Source of the DNA: Gammaproteobacteria bacterium
GTDB lineage: Bacteria; Pseudomonadota; Gammaproteobacteria; SZUA-229
Assembly: GCA_029881035.1 (NCBI GenBank)
Contig: JAOUNI010000001.1
Location: 28,924-92,923 of the forward strand
DNA length: 64,000 bases
Direction: 5' to 3'
Position numbers and translations under genes: made by a program. Under the pieces are notes generated by a model. That model saw only the letters and a program-made list of their open reading frames with translations, searched no databases and was not told where the DNA came from. Of this stretch, positions 61,962 to 64,000 are shown in pieces. The stretch's first letter is position 1. Every line of letters starts with the position of its first letter.

Positions 61962-62590
61962 CAGAGACTCACCTGATAAATTCGGGTGATTTCGCCCCAG
62001 TCTTTTAGTTTTAGCGTTAACTCAATGGCAGTGAGCTCGGCAGTAGTACCGCTGCTACTAAGAGGCGGCCATTCGGAATGCCATTCTTTTTTGTCATCTC
62101 GATAGTGAAATTCAACTTGTTCTATCTGATCAAGAAGATCACTTTCATAAGCCTCCATGCCCTGAGCACGGTCGAGCTGTGGCCAGAACAGGCGGATCAG
62201 TTTTCCATCATCGAGCTGATAGGCGACCCGTAGCAAATTACTGCGTTTTAATTTTGCCGGATTACGCCGTCCACTTCGGGTGAATTCAATAAGATAATCA
62301 AGGTTGCTGCTGGCATCTAAAAAAGGTTGAGTATTGCCGTATTCATCACGGATATCGCGTTTGATAATCTGGCTGAAGTCACGACTAATGGTGGTCACGG
62401 CGCGCTGCACCGACTGTAGTCGTTCGAGTTCAATTTTAGCGTGTTTGCCGTTTTCGATAATTTGACTGAGACCACCATAGGCCATCACTGACATCACTGC
62501 AAATACAGCAATGGCAATCAGTAGCTCAATCAGGGTGAAGCCCTTTTGAGTAAAATTTTCAGTTGTTTGATTATGTTTTATTAACCACAT
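61961..62590 (-). CDS. gspJ: Type II secretion system minor pseudopilin J
   Basis: [26 protein letters not shown] prepilin motif. Confidence 0.8.
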   Translation of the reverse strand: MWLIKHNQTTENFTQKGFTLIELLIAIAVFAVMSVMAYGGLSQIIENGKHAKIELERLQSVQRAVTTISRDFSQIIKRDIRDEYGNTQPFLDASSNLDYLIEFTRSGRRNPAKLKRSNLLRVAYQLDDGKLIRLFWPQLDRAQGMEAYESDLLDQIEQVEFHYRDDKKEWHSEWPPLSSSGTTAELTAIELTLKLKDWGEITRIYQVSL

Positions 62591-62965
62591 TTATTTGTTT
62601 ACATAACCGGTTAAACGAGTCAGGCTTTGTTCTCTGCTTTTGTCGGAAAATATCTGAATTTCAACTTCACGAGCATTATCATCCATTGTTTCTTTTATTG
62701 TCAGTGACCAGAACCATTCGGTATTAGCCATAGTGGAACTGCCTTTTTTTTCACCGACGGAGGGCCATTCTTTATTTAGCTGCAGCTGTGTCATCTCGTT
62801 CATGGCCACCCAGTGAGCCAGTGTTTTATGTTTGAGGTAACCAGTCTGGTGTGCCTGGTTGCCTGAGGCGCTCATGATGGCGCCCAGAGAGATGGCAATA
62901 ATGGTGAGTGCAATCAGTACTTCTATCAGGGTGAAGCCCCGATTAAAACGGTGTTTAAAAGTCAC
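62591..62965 (-). CDS. gspI: Type II secretion system minor pseudopilin I
   Basis: NRGFTLIEVLIALTIIAISLGA prepilin motif. 124 aa. Confidence 0.85.
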   Translation of the reverse strand: MTFKHRFNRGFTLIEVLIALTIIAISLGAIMSASGNQAHQTGYLKHKTLAHWVAMNEMTQLQLNKEWPSVGEKKGSSTMANTEWFWSLTIKETMDDNAREVEIQIFSDKSREQSLTRLTGYVNK

Positions 62966-63533
62966 TCAGTTTGACCTCGTGCTTACCGTCGACGTTGCCG
63001 CTGACTATATAACTGGCTTCTATGCCGCGAAGTGCAAAACGTGCCGAGAATTCTGGGGTGATTTCTTCGCTGGAAAGCAGGAATACCTGAGGTTTGAATT
63101 TTTCCTTTTTACTGTCGGAGTTTTCATCGTTGGTACTGGCGTTTTTTCCAATGATGACATCGAGTTGCTCGATGGCCAGTTCGATTTCCATTTCATCGGG
63201 CAGTTCGCGTTCGCGCAGTAGTTTATCGTCACTGATAGCTTGCCAGCGGTCATCAGTATAGGTAAGAAAGCGATAACTATTTTGTTTGAATTCAAGACCG
63301 TATTCGGCATTTTTCAATATGGCTTCTTCAAGTGCCAGTTGAATTAAGCGGTCAAGCCGATAGGCTTCTTCCTTGATCATATCTTCGGGGGAATGACCGC
63401 GGATAGTGAAGGAGACAAAAGTGATAAGTATCGAGACAATGACAAGAACAATCATTAACTCGAGCAGAGTAAATCCCTGTACCCTGCTCGATTTTAAATT
63501 ATAAAAACGGGGATGGAGTCTTTTATTATTCAA
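62955..63533 (-). CDS. gspH: Type II secretion system minor pseudopilin H (start codon uncertain)
   Basis: [25 protein letters not shown] prepilin motif. Nearest in-frame start is TTG at 63533, giving a 19-aa leader. The ATG at 63614 would overlap gspG by 88 nt. Confidence 0.7.
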   Translation of the reverse strand: MNNKRLHPRFYNLKSSRVQGFTLLELMIVLVIVSILITFVSFTIRGHSPEDMIKEEAYRLDRLIQLALEEAILKNAEYGLEFKQNSYRFLTYTDDRWQAISDDKLLRERELPDEMEIELAIEQLDVIIGKNASTNDENSDSKKEKFKPQVFLLSSEEITPEFSARFALRGIEASYIVSGNVDGKHEVKLSDF

Positions 63534-63945
63534 TGTCCCAGGAACCAATATCGGCAAACACCCCTTCACCGCCAGGTGCGCCGTCGGCACCCAGTGAGTA
63601 AATATCCACTTCACCGTGTTGTCCCGGACTCATATAAAGATAGTCATGGCCCCAGGGGTCTTTGTTCAGCTTTTTGATGTAACCGCCGGCTTTCCAGTTG
63701 GGAGCTTCGCTGGGCTGGCTGACCAGTGCTTCCAGTCCCTGATCGGTAGTCGGATAAACAAAATTATCTAGCCGGTACACATCCAACGCACTTTCCAGTG
63801 CAGTGATATCATGTTTGGCTTTGGCGACGCGTGCTTTGTCTGGATTGTCCATGATTCTGGGCACAACGACGCCGGCAAGAATGCCGAGGATGACGATAAC
63901 CACCATAAGCTCGATCAGGGTAAAGCCCTTTTGGTGTGATTTCAT
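63526..63945 (-). CDS. gspG: Type II secretion system major pseudopilin G
   Basis: [32 protein letters not shown]...[12 protein letters not shown] is canonical GspG. Confidence 0.9.
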   Translation of the reverse strand: MKSHQKGFTLIELMVVIVILGILAGVVVPRIMDNPDKARVAKAKHDITALESALDVYRLDNFVYPTTDQGLEALVSQPSEAPNWKAGGYIKKLNKDPWGHDYLYMSPGQHGEVDIYSLGADGAPGGEGVFADIGSWDIE

Positions 63946-64000
63946 AATATTGATTTCTGATTTCAAGTTTGCTGCTCCATATATTTTTTGCTACCGACTG

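Overview
This 64 kb window looks like gammaproteobacterial chromosome, mostly conserved core operons on both strands with three blocks of accessory-type content. No CRISPR array, integrase, transposase or obvious defence system is visible. All calls below are from reading the translations by eye; no database search was run.

Core content, in order:
- Type IV pilus minor-pilin/adhesin genes (pilX 5'-truncated at the window edge, a small embedded ORF, pilY1, pilE).
- The classic ribF-ileS-lspA-fkpB-ispH block, then murJ, rpsT, proB-obg-rpmA-rplU and, divergent from rplU, ispB.
- tRNA-Pro(CGG), then gmk-rpoZ-spoT.
- After an insertion of about 12 kb, ridA-recG.
- A hybrid sensor kinase, ubiC, two PPIases, a TetR/TusA/Rieske trio, rmuC, an AI-2E transporter, degP, moaE/moaD/moaC, mutY and tRNA-Phe(GAA).
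- At the right end, galE, cysQ, HAD and MBL hydrolases, and the distal half of a type II secretion operon (gspN back to gspG).

Accessory-type blocks:
1. About 20.0-32.2 kb, an AT-rich insertion between spoT and ridA-recG. It carries three large c-di-GMP turnover proteins, one of them fused to a periplasmic CXXCH haem sensor domain. It also carries a PstS-like binding protein in an operon with a membrane GGDEF protein, a CBS protein, an orphan mobB, a lipoprotein and a small gene frameshifted in an A7 tract.
2. About 46.7-50.9 kb, downstream of tRNA-Phe: an SH3b membrane protein, two tandem paralogous single-lobe PstS-like periplasmic proteins, an inverted-architecture thioredoxin-CcdA fusion and a HopJ-family protein.
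3. About 50.9-54.0 kb, a predicted nitrosative-stress module: a hemerythrin, a DUF2249 protein and an NnrS-like membrane protein on one strand, divergent from a triheme c-type cytochrome.
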